52,230 bases of DNA, taken from assembly GCA_002269645.1 (NCBI GenBank), contig NIVC01003249.1:1-52230 (forward strand). Reading direction: 5' to 3'. This document shows, piece by piece, positions 33,651-51,404 of the stretch (positions are counted from its first letter, which is position 1; every line of letters begins with the position of its first letter). This DNA comes from Macrostomum lignano. Lineage: Eukaryota. Below the pieces are notes generated by a model. It was not told where the DNA came from, did not search any database, and saw only the letters and a list, made by a program, of their open reading frames with translations. The translations under genes and the position numbers were made by a program.

Positions 33651-33868
33651 AATTTATCAAGTATCCATAGGAGTAAGAATCTTCTGTTCAAAGTTTCTCC
33701 TTTTCTGGTAAATTTTTTAAATTCTATATAAATACCCTCTATAGAGACTGTCACTTTAATTACGAGTAATCTTAAATGATCCGTAAGGTAAGACGTGACA
33801 TACAGAACAGAATCAATCAAATGGATCGATACCTAGATAGAGACAGTTCACTTTTAGTACATAGGAAG

Positions 33869-34815
33869 GAAGGAATGGCATACAGACAGGGCATACAGAC
33901 AGGGCATACAGACACTGCATACAGACATGGCATACAGACACTGCGTACAGACAGTGCGTACAGACAGGGCATACAGACAGGGCATACAGACAGGGGATAC
34001 AGACAGGGCATACAGACAGGGCATACAGACAGGGCATACAGACAAGGCATACAGACAGGGCATACAGACAGGGCATACAGACAGGGGATACAGACAGGGC
34101 ATACAGACACTGCATACAGACACTGCATACAGACAGAGCATACAGACATGGCATACAGACACTGCGTACAGACAGGGCATACAGACAGGGCATACAGACA
34201 GGGGATACAGACAGGGCATACAGACACTGCATACAGACAGGGCATACAGACAGGGCATACAGACACTGCATACAGACAGGGCATACAGACAGGGCATACA
34301 GACACTGCATACAGACACTGCATACAGACAGGGCATACAGACAGGGCATGCAGACATGGCATACAGACACTACATACAGACAGGGCATACAGACAGGGCA
34401 TGCAGACACTGCATACAGACAGGGCATACAGACAGGGCATACAGACGGGATACAGACAGGGCATACAGACACTGCACACAGACAGGGCATACAGACAGGG
34501 CATGCAGACACTGCATACAGACAGGGCATACAGACAGGGCATGCAGACATGGCATACAGACAGGGCATACAGACAGGGCATGCAGACACTGCATACAGAC
34601 AGGGCATACAGACAGGGCATGCAGACACTGCATACAGACAGGGCATACAGACAGGGCATACAGACAGGGCATGCAGACACTGCATACAGACAGGGCATAC
34701 AGACAGGGCATACAGACAGGGCATGCAGACATGGCATACAGACACTGCATACAGACACTGCATACAGACAGGGCATACAGACAGGGCATACAGACAGGGG
34801 ATACAGACAGGGCAC
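33869..34815. repeat. 13-bp CA-rich minisatellite
   Basis: CATACAGACAGGG / CATACAGACACTG, about 70 units, ending about 55 nt before a TTTTTCAG acceptor (34865-34872) upstream of the hnRNP L-like ATG. Confidence 0.95.
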
Positions 34816-34982
34816 TTTCCCCATATAGTTAAGTATAACAATTTTAATGTTACTAATTAATGCATTTTTCAGTTACTGTCAGCTCAGTGCAGCTTCAGTC
34901 TATCAGTTCAAATCAGTTCCAATAATCAAGTAATAAACAATAATCTATTGTCAGCCCGAACTACTAATTAGCTAAAATAATC

Positions 34983-40869
<5,887 letters not shown>

Positions 40870-40990
40870 AATTTTAGCCGCTGAATGGTCGCTAAGCTGG
40901 GATTCACCTGCGACGGCAAAGGGTGGCTGACTGTCTTTACAGATTTGACTTTGTGCAGTGCTTTTGGTTTGACTGACTAGTGTCATTTTT

Positions 40991-41512
40991 ATGGATCCCA
41001 CCTCATGGATCCCATCGATCCGATGGATCCCACCCCTTGGATCCCACCCCATGGATCCCACCCCATGGATCCCACCCCATGGATCCCACCCTATGGACCC
41101 CACCCGATGGAGGATCCCACTCAATGAATCCCACCCCATGAATCCCACCCCATGGATCCCACCCCATAGATCCCACCCGATGGAGGATCCCACCCCATGA
41201 ATCCCACCCCATGGATCCCACCCCATGGACCCCACCCGATGTTGGATCCCATCCGTATATCCCACCCTTTGAATCCCACCTTTTGGATCCCACCCTATAA
41301 ATCCCATCCTATGGATCCCACCCATATCCCATCCTTTGAATCCCATTCTTTGAATCCCATTCTTTGAATCCCATTCTATGGATCCCACCCTATGAATCCC
41401 ACCCTATGAATCCCACCCCATGGATCCCACCCATTGGATCCCGCTCAATGGATCCCATCCAGATCCCACCTAATGGATCCCGTCCTATAGATCTCGCCCA
41501 ATGGATCGCATC
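40991..41512. repeat. 14-bp minisatellite downstream of the HNRNPL stop
   Basis: ATG(G/A)ATCCCACCCC units. Confidence 0.92.
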
Positions 41513-42242
41513 CAACAACTGTTATTCCACCCGTCACGTATTTTTTAGTATCTGGCATCAAAATTGTCTCTGAATTTTTAATAACTTCGCATTTCATCTG
41601 CCCCGTGTATATTCGATAAAGCAAGTTTTGTTGCTTTCTTAGTAAGAAACAGGCAACTTTAGTCGGGAATGAATTTTCCAAGTTAAAAATGCAGCAGGAA
41701 ACGATAAACCAGTCCGTCTTGGGAATATCTTGTTTTTTAGGTATCATTTAATTTTCTATACTATATTACAACTTATATGTACCTTTATTGTCTGCTGTAT
41801 ACTTTTAGTAGTGCATGCTGTTACTATTATTGTAATATTAGTTGAAAAAGTAACCAGTCCGAATTAGTAAAGCTTACTATGTCAGATAAAATGCTGTTCA
41901 AAAATAATTTTTGTTCGATTTCAACATTGCGCTGTACATTTAAAAAAGACGTTTTTTACTTCTTTTTTCAGTCGCTTGTCGCCGTTGTTTTATTGGTTTC
42001 GTTTAACCGCGTCGCGTGTTTAATCTCTATCTGATCAGCAAATAAACTAGCAAAATGCCCCCCCCCCATTTAAACAGTTTGTCAACTGACTTCATTGAAG
42101 TTTGACGTTTTTTCGGGCCGTATGGACTATTTTATTTAGTTAAACTTGATTAAGAATAAAAGTTCTAGTATGTAAATTATTGGTATTGGGATACTTATAA
42201 AGGTTGCTTCGATAGGGTACATGCATTATCAAAAATCCTACT

Positions 42243-42427
42243 TAAGACGATATGTATCGAAAGCTATAATTAGACGATATGTATCGAAACCTATATTTAG
42301 ACGATATGTATCGAATGCTATATTTAGCCGATATGTATCGAAGGCTATATTTAGACGTTATGTAATGTATCGAAATTTATTTCTAACCGATATGTATTGA
42401 AAGGTATATTTGGCCAATACGTATCGT
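42243..42427. repeat. Short array (~6 x ~28 bp) of the quasi-palindrome CGATA-TG-TATCG upstream of ECH1
   Basis: TTAGACGATATGTATCGAA..CTATA repeated; single copies recur in both ECH1 introns. Confidence 0.8.
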
Positions 42428-42452
42428 AAAGTTCATCACACTACTCCCGCAG

Positions 42453-44066
42453 GCTGCCGCCCCTCGCCTCCTCGCCAGTGTCCGAGCACTAGCTGCCAGC
42501 GCATCCCGTCGGCGACACCTGTGCTCCAGTGCCGGCAGCGCCATGCCCGACCCGGCCGCCGTGTTTGGCCAGCTCACCCATGTCCGGGTGACTCAACCGT
42601 CCGAATTTGTCCGACACATTGTGCTGTGCCGGCCTGATCGACTCAACTCCATGACCTGGGCTTTTTTCGACGAAATCGGCCGCTGCTTTGACGCAATCGG
42701 CGAAGATCCCGACTGTCGGGTTGCGGTGCTGTCAGCTGAAGGCAAGCATTTTACGGCCGGACTTGACCTGGTCGATGCGGCCCAAATGTTGGGTGGCTCT
42801 AATCCGGATCAGGTGGGTGTTAAATCTACTGGGTGTAAATTTTTAACACTGCTATTGACACGATTCTAATCCGATATGTAGTGATAAAAACTCTGTAAAG
42901 CAAAAAACGATTGGCTTTATTACGAGTATTCATTGGTACTGAGGTGATGCGTCAGTATTTTGCTTTAGTGGTCCTGGGTTCGAATCTCAATGGTCATTAT
43001 GATATTTCCTTCAAGAGGTTTTACTGACCTAATCAATGGTTTACCGACTACCGCTGCCAAAGCTAAATTAAACATTACGCTCGTAGCAACGCCATTTAAT
43101 ACGCAAAGATTTATTATAGCCGATATGTAGCGAAGTAAACTTTATAAAGCAAAAATCAGTACTGCAATTCCTAAACCACAGGACCCAGCACGCAAGGCGG
43201 CTGAAATTCGCCGGACGCTGTTCCGCCTACAGGCGGGTCTCTCAGCGCTGGAGCGCTGTAGCAAGCCCGTGATTGCGGCAATTCACGGCGGCTGCATCGG
43301 TGGCGGAGTTGATCTGGTAGCGGCTGCCGACATTCGCTATTGCAGTTCCGATGCGTTCTTCTCGGTTAAAGAGGTGCGTGTTTTTTATTTGTAAATATTT
43401 CGATGCATATTGTCCCGACTTAAAAGTCAGTTTAAAGTTCTTTTGGTTATTAAAAATCACGTTAGATAAACATTCTGTAATTCTTTTGACTTTTGTAATT
43501 ATAATTTTTTCGATACATATCGGCATAAAATGTTCTGTTATTGAAGCAAAAAATGCTTTGCAATATGTTATTTCGATACATATAACTACTCTGTCATCAG
43601 CTCAGAGTTCGGTGATTGATCCGTCAAAAACTATTTTTTCGATACATATCGTCACTAAAATATATTCTAAATTACCCAGGTAGACCTGGGCCTGGCAGCG
43701 GATCTGGGCTCCCTGCAGCGGCTCCCAAAGCTGCTCGGCAGCGCCAGCCTGCTAGCCGAACTCACCTTCACCGGGCGTCGTCTGCCAGCTGAGGAGGCGC
43801 ACCGGGTCGGCCTGGTTAGTCGCGTCCTGGACGATCGCGACCGGCTGCTGGCGGCCGCCCTGTCCCTGGCCAGCGACATCGCCGCCAAGAGCCCGGTGGC
43901 TGTACAGGCCGCCAAACGGTCCCTACTGTTCGCCCGCGATCATCCGGTGGCCGAAGGTCTGGCGCAGATTGCCGCGGAGAATGCCGCCATGCTGCAGAGC
44001 GAAGACGTGGCCAGAGCGGTGGCCGCCTCGCTTAGCAAAGAGAAGCCCAGCTTTGCTAAGCTTTGA
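42453..44066 (+). CDS. ECH1: Delta(3,5)-Delta(2,4)-dienoyl-CoA isomerase (crotonase family); exons 42453 (first genomic ATG 42543)-42812, 43182-43373, 43680-44066
   Basis: LCRPDRLNSM, GKHFTAGLDL, KPVIAAIHGGCIGGGVDL, VKEVDLGLAADLGSLQRLPK (catalytic Glu and Asp positions conserved), KSPVAVQ, RDHPVAEGL; C-terminal AKL (PTS1). Two phase-0 GT..AG introns. Confidence 0.95.
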
Positions 44067-44653
44067 TTTTTGTGTAAATGAATACTACTTATATTGACAG
44101 GTTTTGAGTAGTACGTCAATTTTATGATTTTTAAAAATTTTAATGACAATTTTTGTGGAAGTGATTGCTAATAAAATTTCATCCAGAAACCAATTAATTA
44201 CTGTGAAATTAAAAAAATAAAAATCATTTATTTGTTATGCTACCAAGTCACTTTATTTTTTTCTGGAATTAATTATTCAGACGCCTAGAGACAACTCATT
44301 TTAGAACTGCAACTAAAGTGCACAGTGTACTACTCATATTCACCATCCGTATTGAATGGGTAGGGAGAGAAAGTTACTGTATCGCCGCCATTCTCAACAC
44401 ATGAAATCCTACATGTAAGTGATTCCTATCCTAATGGAACTACTTTATAGAATGTCAGTAGCGTGAGTAGCATTTTTAGTTATTATTTCGTAAATTAGTC
44501 TTAAAAAGGACTATTTTGAGAAATATAACAATTCGTCGAGTTCCTGCCTGAGACAACGGTATAAAATGTAGTAAATCAGTAGGAATGTAATTTTGTAATA
44601 TTGAAGTATAGTATGTATATATCTGGGGAACTAAAAATAATATAAAAAATCCT

Positions 44654-44735
44654 CGACGAGGATGGGATTCGAACTCACGCGGGGAAACCCCAATGGATTA
44701 GCAGTCCATCGCCATAACCACTCGGCCACCGCGTC
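44654..44735 (-). tRNA. tRNA-Ser-GCT: tRNA-Ser(GCT), 82 nt, with two stem mismatches
   Basis: GACGCGGTGGCCGAGTGGTTATGGCGATGGACTGCTAATCCATTGGGGTTTCCCCGCGTGAGTTCGAATCCCATCCTCGTCG: A and B boxes, anticodon stem ATGGA/TCCAT with loop CTGCTAA, long variable arm, TTTTTT terminator 4 nt downstream. Confidence 0.9.
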
Positions 44736-45569
44736 TGCTATCAGTAGCCCGGGCCGCGCGTAAAATAATTTGTCTGCATGAGCCACGTGCGCACGGCTGC
44801 GTGAAGTTGAGATAAGATTTGAATCGGTTTTTATTAATTTAATGTACTTTATAGCCAACTTTATTGCTCAGTTAAAAAAATTAGAATATGATCCAAGAGA
44901 ACTTAAACTACATGTGTGCTGACTGACGCGGGGTTTTGGCATTGGCACTCGACGAGGCCCCTTGACTTTCTAATCACGCACACTTTCTGTGCCTTACGTT
45001 TGCCGTCATGACTGTGAAAATCATTGATTGTTTTTAAATCAAGACACTGAAACTCTCTTACCATTAAAACTAGCTCATACACCAGCTGTGCATTCACTGA
45101 AGAGCATTATTGATTTATTTTACTAGACTGAGGCGTACAGCGAGTTTATAAAATAATAAAACAAGTAGGCACACTCTGTGCAGGTGCGCGCCTATTAGTA
45201 GTCATGAGAACGCGTTGCTATAAAATTCAAATCAGCCAGACAGATGCAGACAAGACTCCCCGTTAGTTAAAGCGGAATATAATTTCTGATATATCGAAAT
45301 CAACAAATTATAGAAGAGGCAAATATATCTGTTAGAATATAGAAGCGGTATTTGAAAGCCTGAAAATATGAATTAATTAATTTTTTAGGCAATTTAGCAA
45401 CGCACAGAGCAATTGAAACTTTCTGCAAGTGCAGTGACAAATGGCGCACATAACCGCTACTATTTACACGTTAAGCTCTTAAGCAAAGACATACAGTTTT
45501 CTTTTGCAAATGGAAAGTAAAACATCATAAAATGAAAATGTGGTTACCTAAAGCCGGGGTACTCTGGGG

Positions 45570-46595
45570 GAGAGAGTGTACATCTGAGGGGTGGGCTGGG
45601 AGGAGTGTACATCTGAGGGGTAGGCTGGGGGAGAGAATGTACATCTGAGGGGTAGGCTGAGGGAGAGAATGTACATCTGAGGGGTAGGCTGGGGGAGAGA
45701 ATGTAGATCTGAAGGCTAGGCTGGGGGGAGAATGTACATCTGAGGGGTAGGCTGGGAGACTGTACATCTAAATGGTAGGCTGGGGGAGAATGTACATCTG
45801 AGGGGTAGGCTGGGGGACAGTGTACATCTAAAGGGTACGCTGGGGGAGAGTGTACATCTGAGGGGTAGGCTGGGGAGAGTGTACATCTGAAGGGTAGGCT
45901 GGGGGAGAGAATGTACATCTGAGGGGTAGGCTGAGGGAGAGAATGTAGATCTGAAGGCTAGGCTGGGGGAGAGAATGTACATCTGAGGGGTGGGCTGGGG
46001 GGAGTGTACATCTGAGGGGTAGGCTGGGGGACAGTGTACATCTAAAGAGTAGGCTGGGGGAGAGTGTACATCTGAGGGGTAGGCTGGGGAGAGTGTAAAT
46101 CTGAGGGGTAGGCTGGGGGAGTGTACATCTGAGGGGTAGGCTGGGGAGAGTGTACATCTGAGGGGTAGGCTGGGGAGAGTGTACATCTGAGGGTAGGCTA
46201 TGGGAGAGAATGTACATCTGAAAGCTAGGCTTGGGGAGAGAGTGCACATCTGAAGGCTAGGGGGGAGAGAGTGCACATCTGAAGGCTAGGGGGGAGAGAG
46301 TGCACATCTGAAGGCTAGGGGGAGAGAGTGCACATCTGAAGGCTAGGGGGGAGAGAGTGCACATCTGAAGGCTAGGGGGAGAGAGTGCACATCTGAAGGC
46401 TAGGGGGGAGAGAGTGCACATCTGAAGGCTAGGGGGGAGAGAGTGCACATCTGAAGGCTAGGGGGGAGAGAGTGCACATCTGAAGGCTAGGGGGAGAGAG
46501 TGCACATCTGAAGGCTAGGGGGGAGAGAGTGCACATCTGAAGGCTAGGGGGAGAGAGTGCACATCTGAAGGCTAGGGGGGAGAGAGTGTACATCT
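45570..46595. repeat. Compound G-rich minisatellite (~33-bp then ~29-bp units)
   Basis: GTACATCTGAGGGGTAGGCTGGGGGAGAGAAT changing at about 46240 to GTGCACATCTGAAGGCTAGGGGGGAGAGA. Confidence 0.93.
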
Positions 46596-47004
46596 GTGTA
46601 CAACTGGCAATATATTTTATTATAACTCTAATCACGCGAGCATCAATAATTTACTGAACGAAAATTATCTTCATTATAGGATCATAGAATCTGATGTACA
46701 TGGATAATCTGATATACACAGAGATAAGAACAAACTAAAAATGAAACCTATGAATCGGATAAAGCAGTGAGCACGCTCGACACGGCTGAAAGACCGGAAG
46801 CTGCATTACAAAAATAACATTAGGAGACGAACGCGACAAAAAAGCACAACGCCAAAGACAGGCGCATTTTTTTAATTCTATCAATAAGCTATCAGTAAAT
46901 AAATAATATATATAATATATATGGATATACGCACACCACAAACTACAGCTCAACGTGGCATTTATTAGTGGAAAGTACAGAATAAGAAACTTATCTAACA
47001 CGAT

Positions 47005-47560
47005 GTCTATGGCCAATACTGCCCGACCCTGGATCCTGAGCAACACACAACCTCCAGCTGTCTATGGCCAATACTGCCCGACCCTGGATCCTAAGCAACA
47101 CACAACCTCCAGCTGTCTATGGCCAATACTGCCCGACCCTGGATCCTGAGCAACACACAACCTCCAGCTGTCTGGCCAATACTGCCCGACCCTGGATCCT
47201 GAGCAACACACAACCTCCAGCTGTCTATGGCCAATACTGCCCGACCCTGGATCCTGAGCAACACACAACCTCCAGCTGTCTATGGCCAATACTGCTCGAC
47301 TCTGGATCCTGAGCAACACACAACCTCCAGCTGTCTATGGCCAATACTGCCCGACCCTGGATCCTGAGCAACACACAACCTCTAGCTGTCTATGGCCAAT
47401 ACTGCCCGACCCTGGATACTGAGCAACACACAACCTCCAGCTGTCTATGGCCAATACTGCCCGACCCTGGATCCTGAGCAATACACAACCTCCAGCTGTC
47501 TATGGCCAATACTGCCCGACCCTGGATCCTGAGCAATACACAACCTCCAGCTGTCTATGG
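47005..47560. repeat. 55-bp minisatellite, about 10 copies, just past the PTEN stop
   Basis: TCTATGGCCAATACTGCCCGACCCTGGATCCTGAGCAACACACAACCTCCAGCTG. Confidence 0.95.
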
Positions 47561-47675
47561 TCAATTCTCAGCTGCCTGAACAGTACCCAGCAGAGGTAAA
47601 GGCACAAGCTGCCAATCTCAATCCAAATCTTCGTCACCACAGCAGCCTGGCTCCAGCTCTATCCGAGGCCGTGAA

Positions 47676-50497
47676 TCAGTTCCATTGCCATCCACCGGGC
47701 AGTTGCCCCCCCAGGAGTCGGACCGGAATCGACGACGACGAAGCCGACAGCGGGCCGGAGGCGACGCGGGTGTCGACGAGAGCTCCGGCGCAGATTGGTG
47801 ATGACGCAGTCGCAGCAGCTGTGGAGCAGCCGGCGCTGGACGAGGCGGGTGCGGAGCAGTAGGAGAAGGGCCGGTAGAGCCCGTCAGTCGGGTTGTCCTC
47901 GTCCGAGCTGTTCGGATCCGGCAGCTCGAATTGGAGGGTCACCTGGTTGCGGGCCGGGTTTGGGAGAGGATTAGGATACGACTGCGGTGGGATGGGCGTC
48001 CATCTGGGAACAAGTGCCCATCCTGACCTCTGCTCTCCCTCTCTATCCCCCACTCTCCCTCTCTATCCCCCACTCTTCCTCTCTATCCCCCACTCTCCCT
48101 CTCCTACACCCACTCTTCCTCTCTATCCCCCACTCTCCCTCTCCTACTCCCACTCTCCCTCTCTACCCCCCACTCTCCCTCTCCTACTCCCACTCTCCCT
48201 CTCTACCCCCCACTCTCCCTCTCTACCCCCCTCTCCCTCTCTACCCCCACTCTCCCTCTCTACCCCCACTCTCCCTCTCTACCCCCCACTCTCCCTCTCT
48301 ACCCCCACTCTCCTCTCTCCTACCCCCACTCTCCCTCTCCTACCCCACTCTCCCTCTCCTACCCCCACTCTCCCTCTCCTACCCCCACTCTCCCTCTCCT
48401 ACCCCCACTCTCCCTCTCTACCCCCACTCTCTCTCTCCTACCCCCACTCTCCCTCTCTACCCCCCACTCTCCCTCTCTACCCCCCACTCTCCCTCTCCTA
48501 CTCCCACTCTCCTCTCTACCCCCACTCTCTCTCTCCTACCCCCACTCTCCCTCTCCTACTCCCACTCTCCCTCTCTACCCCCACTCTCCCTCTCCTACCC
48601 CCACTCTCCCTCTCCTACCCCCACTCTCCCTCTCTACCCCCACTCTCTCTCTCCTACCCCCACTCTCCCTCTCTACCCCCCACTCTCCCTCTCTACCCCC
48701 CACTCTCCCTCTCCTACTCCCACTCTCCCTCTCTACCCCCACTCTCCCTCTCTACCCCCCACTCTCCTCTCTATTCCCCACACTCCCTCTCTATCCCTTC
48801 ACTCTCCCTCTCTATCCCCCACTCTCCCTCTCCTACCCCCACTCTCCCTCTCCTACCCCCACTCTCTCTCTCCTACCCCCACTCTCCCTCTCCTACCCCA
48901 CTCTCCCTCTCTACCTCCACTCTCTCTCTCCTACCCCACTCTCCCTCTCTACCCCCCACTCTCCCTCTCTACCCCCACTCTCCCTCTCCTACTCCCACTC
49001 CCTCTCTACCCCCACTCTCCCTCTCTACCCCCCACTCTCCCTCTCTATTCCCACACTCCTCTCTATCCCTTCACTCTCCCTCTCTATCCCCACTCTCCCT
49101 CTCTATCCCCACTCTCTCTCTCCTACCCCACTCTCCCTCTCTATCCCCCACTCTCCCTCTCCTACTCCCACTCTCCCTCTCTACTCCCCACTCTCCCTCT
49201 CCTACCCCCACTCTCCCTCTCTACCCCACTCTCCCTCTCTACCCCCACTCTCCCTCTCCTACCCCCACTCTCCCTCTCTACCCCACTCTCTCTCTCCTAC
49301 CCCCACTCTCTCTCTCCTACCCCCCACTCTCCCTCTCTACTCCCCACTCTCTCTCTCCTACCCCCCACTCTCCTCTCCTACTCCCCACTCTCCCTCTCTA
49401 CCCCCACTCTCTCTCTCCTACTCCCCACTCTCCCTCTCCTACTCCCCACTCTCCCTCTCCTACTCCCACTCTCCCTCTACCCCCACTCTCCCTCTCCTAC
49501 TCTCTCCTCTCTACTCCCTCTCCCTCTCCTACTCCCCACTCTCCCTCTCTACCCCCACTCTCCTCTCCTACTCCCACTCTCCCTCTCTACTCACCCCCAC
49601 TCTCTCTCCTACCCCCACTCTCCCTCTCCTACTCCCACTCTCTCTCTCCTACCCCACTCTCCTCTCCTACTCCCACTCTCCCTCTCTACCCCCACTCTCC
49701 TCTCCTACTCCCACTCTCTCTCTCCTACCCCCACTCTCCTCTCCTACTCCCACTCTCCCTCTCTATCCCCACTCTCCCTCTCTATCCCCACTCTCCCTCT
49801 CTATCCCCACTCTCCCTCTCTATCCCCACTCTCCCTCTCTATCCCCCACTCCCCCTCTCCATCCCCACTCTCCCTCTCTATCCCCAATCTCTCCCTCTCT
49901 ACCCCCCTACTCTCCCCCAGAAGAGAGCACTCAGCGCAGAGCTCACGCAGAAGGTGTCGGGGAACATTTTATCCTTGCAGGCCTTGTCCAGCTCAGACTT
50001 AGTCAGCGTCAAGTACAGATATTTGTCATCCTGCTCGTCCGGCGCCAGGCCAGCGGCCTCTCGTTTCCGACTTCGCCAGAGCGCACCCGGAGTGTCTTGC
50101 GGCTGGTTCAAGACAAAGAAGGTGTTGAACCAGCAGTGAAACAGCTCCTCGCACAGGGCCAACACTTTGCTCCGATTGTAGAAGACAATCTTCACGTCGC
50201 CGTTGACTTTAATTGGCGCGGACATTGGGATGATGGCTGACTGCTGGCCCCGCTTCGGCTCGCACATTTCCGACTCCCGATGGGCCGGTGAGCGCTACGG
50301 TTGTCCTGGTGGAAGTCGCGGACCAGCTTCTGGCAGCGGAAGAACAGGCAGCAGCCTCCGCTAGGCGGGTAGGAGGGCAGGCCGCCCTCTACGCTGACCG
50401 AGCGAAGCACCAAGGGGCAGGACTCAACCACCAGGTTGTGCCGGAGCACGTGCGCGTAATAGTACACGTAGCGTCGCTGGGACGGGATGGTGACGCC
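47676..50497 (-). CDS. PTEN: PTEN-like phosphatase, 3' part only (end of phosphatase domain, C2 domain, tail); exons 50497-49947 and 47942-47676; apparent frameshift near 50276-50278
   Basis: GVTIPSQRRYVYYY, GDVKIVF, LFHCWFNTFFV, YLYLTLTKSELDKACKD match PTEN. The acceptor before GVTIPSQ and the junction FC|VTLQF match human PTEN intron positions. The HCKAGKGR P-loop exon was not found and is presumably beyond 52230. Confidence 0.9.
48030..49918. repeat. ~19-bp CT-rich minisatellite in the last PTEN intron (G-rich on the PTEN sense strand)
   Basis: CCCCACTCTCCCTCT(C)CTA units over about 1.9 kb; source of the 748-aa and 671-aa Pro/Leu/Ser ORFs. Confidence 0.95.
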
Positions 50498-50569
50498 CTG
50501 CGGAGCCAGAGGGTGGATTTGATTTTTAGAAAAATCGAAGGCAATAGTCCGCAGGAGGGGACGGTGTCA

Positions 50570-50946
50570 GAAGCTCGATACTTCTCAAGCTCGAAACCCT
50601 ACAAGCTCGAAACTCCACAAGCTCGAAACCCTACAAGCTCGAAACCCTACAAGCTCGAAACTCTACAAGCTCGAAACTCCACAAGCTCGAAACTCTACAA
50701 GCTCGAAACTCCACAAGCTCGAAACTCCACAAACTCGAAACTCCACAAGCTCGAAACTCCACAAGCTCGAAACTCACAAGCTCGAAACTCCACAAACTCG
50801 AAACTCCACAAGCTCGAAACCACAACAACTCGAAACTCCACAAGCTCGAAACTCCACAAACTCGAAACTCCACAAACTCGAAACTCCACAAGCTCGAAAC
50901 TCCACAAACTCGAAACTCTACAAACTTGAAACTCTACAAGCTCGAA
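50570..50946. repeat. 16-bp minisatellite in a PTEN intron
   Basis: (G/A)CTCGAAACTCCACAA units. Confidence 0.93.
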
Positions 50947-51404
50947 TCTCATGAATCTCATAGAATCAATAGTACAGAGAAGGTCGACATTGTCAGCTCG
51001 GAGAAAAGTTCGGCAAATGGGGAGACAGATTCCTAAACTAAATATAGAATCTGTGAGAAGACAGGGAGAGACGGGGACAGCGTGACACTGACAGTACAGT
51101 CGCACTTGTACAAGCTGAGAGCGGCACTGGATGCCCGAATTAGAGTGCAGCCCCACACTTTTTTATCTTGGTGAAAGTAGATTGCGAGCTAAGGCTAACA
51201 TGGTGTGGATAGAACTGAGACAGACAAGATTTCGATACTTCAGAGAGGGCAGACCCGAAAGGGAAAAAGGATTATTAGCTGGGACAGAAATAGGCAATTC
51301 GAGTTCAAACTGCGTTAACAGAATAATACATACTGTAGTCACAGAATTCTAACAAATTTTCCAGCAATAAAATTCATCGAGTCTAAGGGCGATTATCACA
51401 GTTA

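Noticed and set aside
33776-34860. Cys-rich metallothionein-like and HTDRAYRQG ORFs
   Set aside because: A 13-bp unit that lacks stops in all frames; no unique coding context.
42934-42990. tRNA-like or SINE head in ECH1 intron 1 (GGGTTCGAATC)
   Set aside because: B box only; weak A box and no cloverleaf. At best a decayed SINE fragment that I cannot support.
47893-50139. 748-aa and 671-aa extensin-like Pro/Leu/Ser ORFs
   Set aside because: Antisense reading of the CT-rich array in the PTEN intron.
50695-51352. Upstream PTEN exon with the HCKAGKGR P-loop
   Set aside because: No such motif seen in the minus-strand sequence I read between 50950 and 51400; the ORFs there are repeat-derived or unrecognisable.
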